Shown here: positions 23,549 through 23,679 of the stretch, in pieces
Layout: each line of letters starts with the position of its first letter
Position numbering within the stretch: position 1 is the stretch's first letter
Source of the DNA: Gemmatimonadales bacterium
GTDB lineage: Bacteria > Gemmatimonadota > Gemmatimonadetes > Gemmatimonadales > GWC2-71-9
Direction: 5' to 3'
Length of the DNA: 23,679 nt
Assembly: GCA_038321865.1 (NCBI GenBank)
Contig: JBBQFH010000036.1
Span: 1 to 23,679 of the forward strand
Notes under the pieces: generated by a model
The model's database searches: none
Told to the model about the DNA's origin: nothing
The model's input: only the letters and a program-made list of their open reading frames with translations
Position numbers and translations under genes: made by a program

Positions 23549-23679
23549 TGGATCGCCGGCGCACGGCGGTCGCGGCCGCCGTCGGGGTCGTGGCCGGACT
23601 GTACGCATGGCTGGGTATCGTCATCCATCACGGGACGTTCGTTCCCGATTTCCAGTTTTTCTGGTCAAGCGCCCGGATA
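23548..23679 (+). CDS. 5' fragment of a probable GT-C (GT87/DUF2029-like) membrane glycosyltransferase, truncated by window edge
   Basis: GTG overlaps the previous TAG; open for 44 codons to the window end: MDRRRTAVAAAVGVVAGLYAWLGIVIHHGTFVPDFQFFWSSARI (TM helix then DF..FW..AR). Confidence 0.55.
   Translation, partial: MDRRRTAVAAAVGVVAGLYAWLGIVIHHGTFVPDFQFFWSSARI

Overview
High-GC bacterial chromosomal window with no rRNA, tRNA, CRISPR array, integrase or transposase that I can see. The gene families look like those I associate with Gemmatimonadota (inference only). Left two-thirds: the end of an RND efflux operon (MFP + AcrB-type permease); a SARP/BTAD-TPR regulator divergent from an internally duplicated membrane protein of unknown family; a ThrE-type exporter; then a co-oriented run of HEAT-repeat protein, apparently degenerate HD-GYP protein, HI0933/BaiN flavoprotein, DinB and DoxX, converging on oligopeptidase B. 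Right third, an accessory/cell-surface region: two inverted copies of a ~107-bp CGTC-type palindromic element bracket an inward-facing pair (DUF4397-like lipoprotein and an Flp-like prepilin with a Gly-Asn tail). A minimal site-2 protease and a helical hypothetical protein follow, each behind a sigma-54-like promoter. Then come a Gln/Tyr/Gly-rich secreted protein, an acyltransferase-3, a zinc-ribbon membrane protein and the 5' end of a probable GT-C glycosyltransferase missing from the ORF track. The best candidates for undescribed systems are the repeat-bracketed lipoprotein/pilin cassette, the SARP + duplicated membrane protein unit, and the HEAT/HD-GYP pair that shares an N-terminal domain. 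All family calls are from motif recognition, not database searches.
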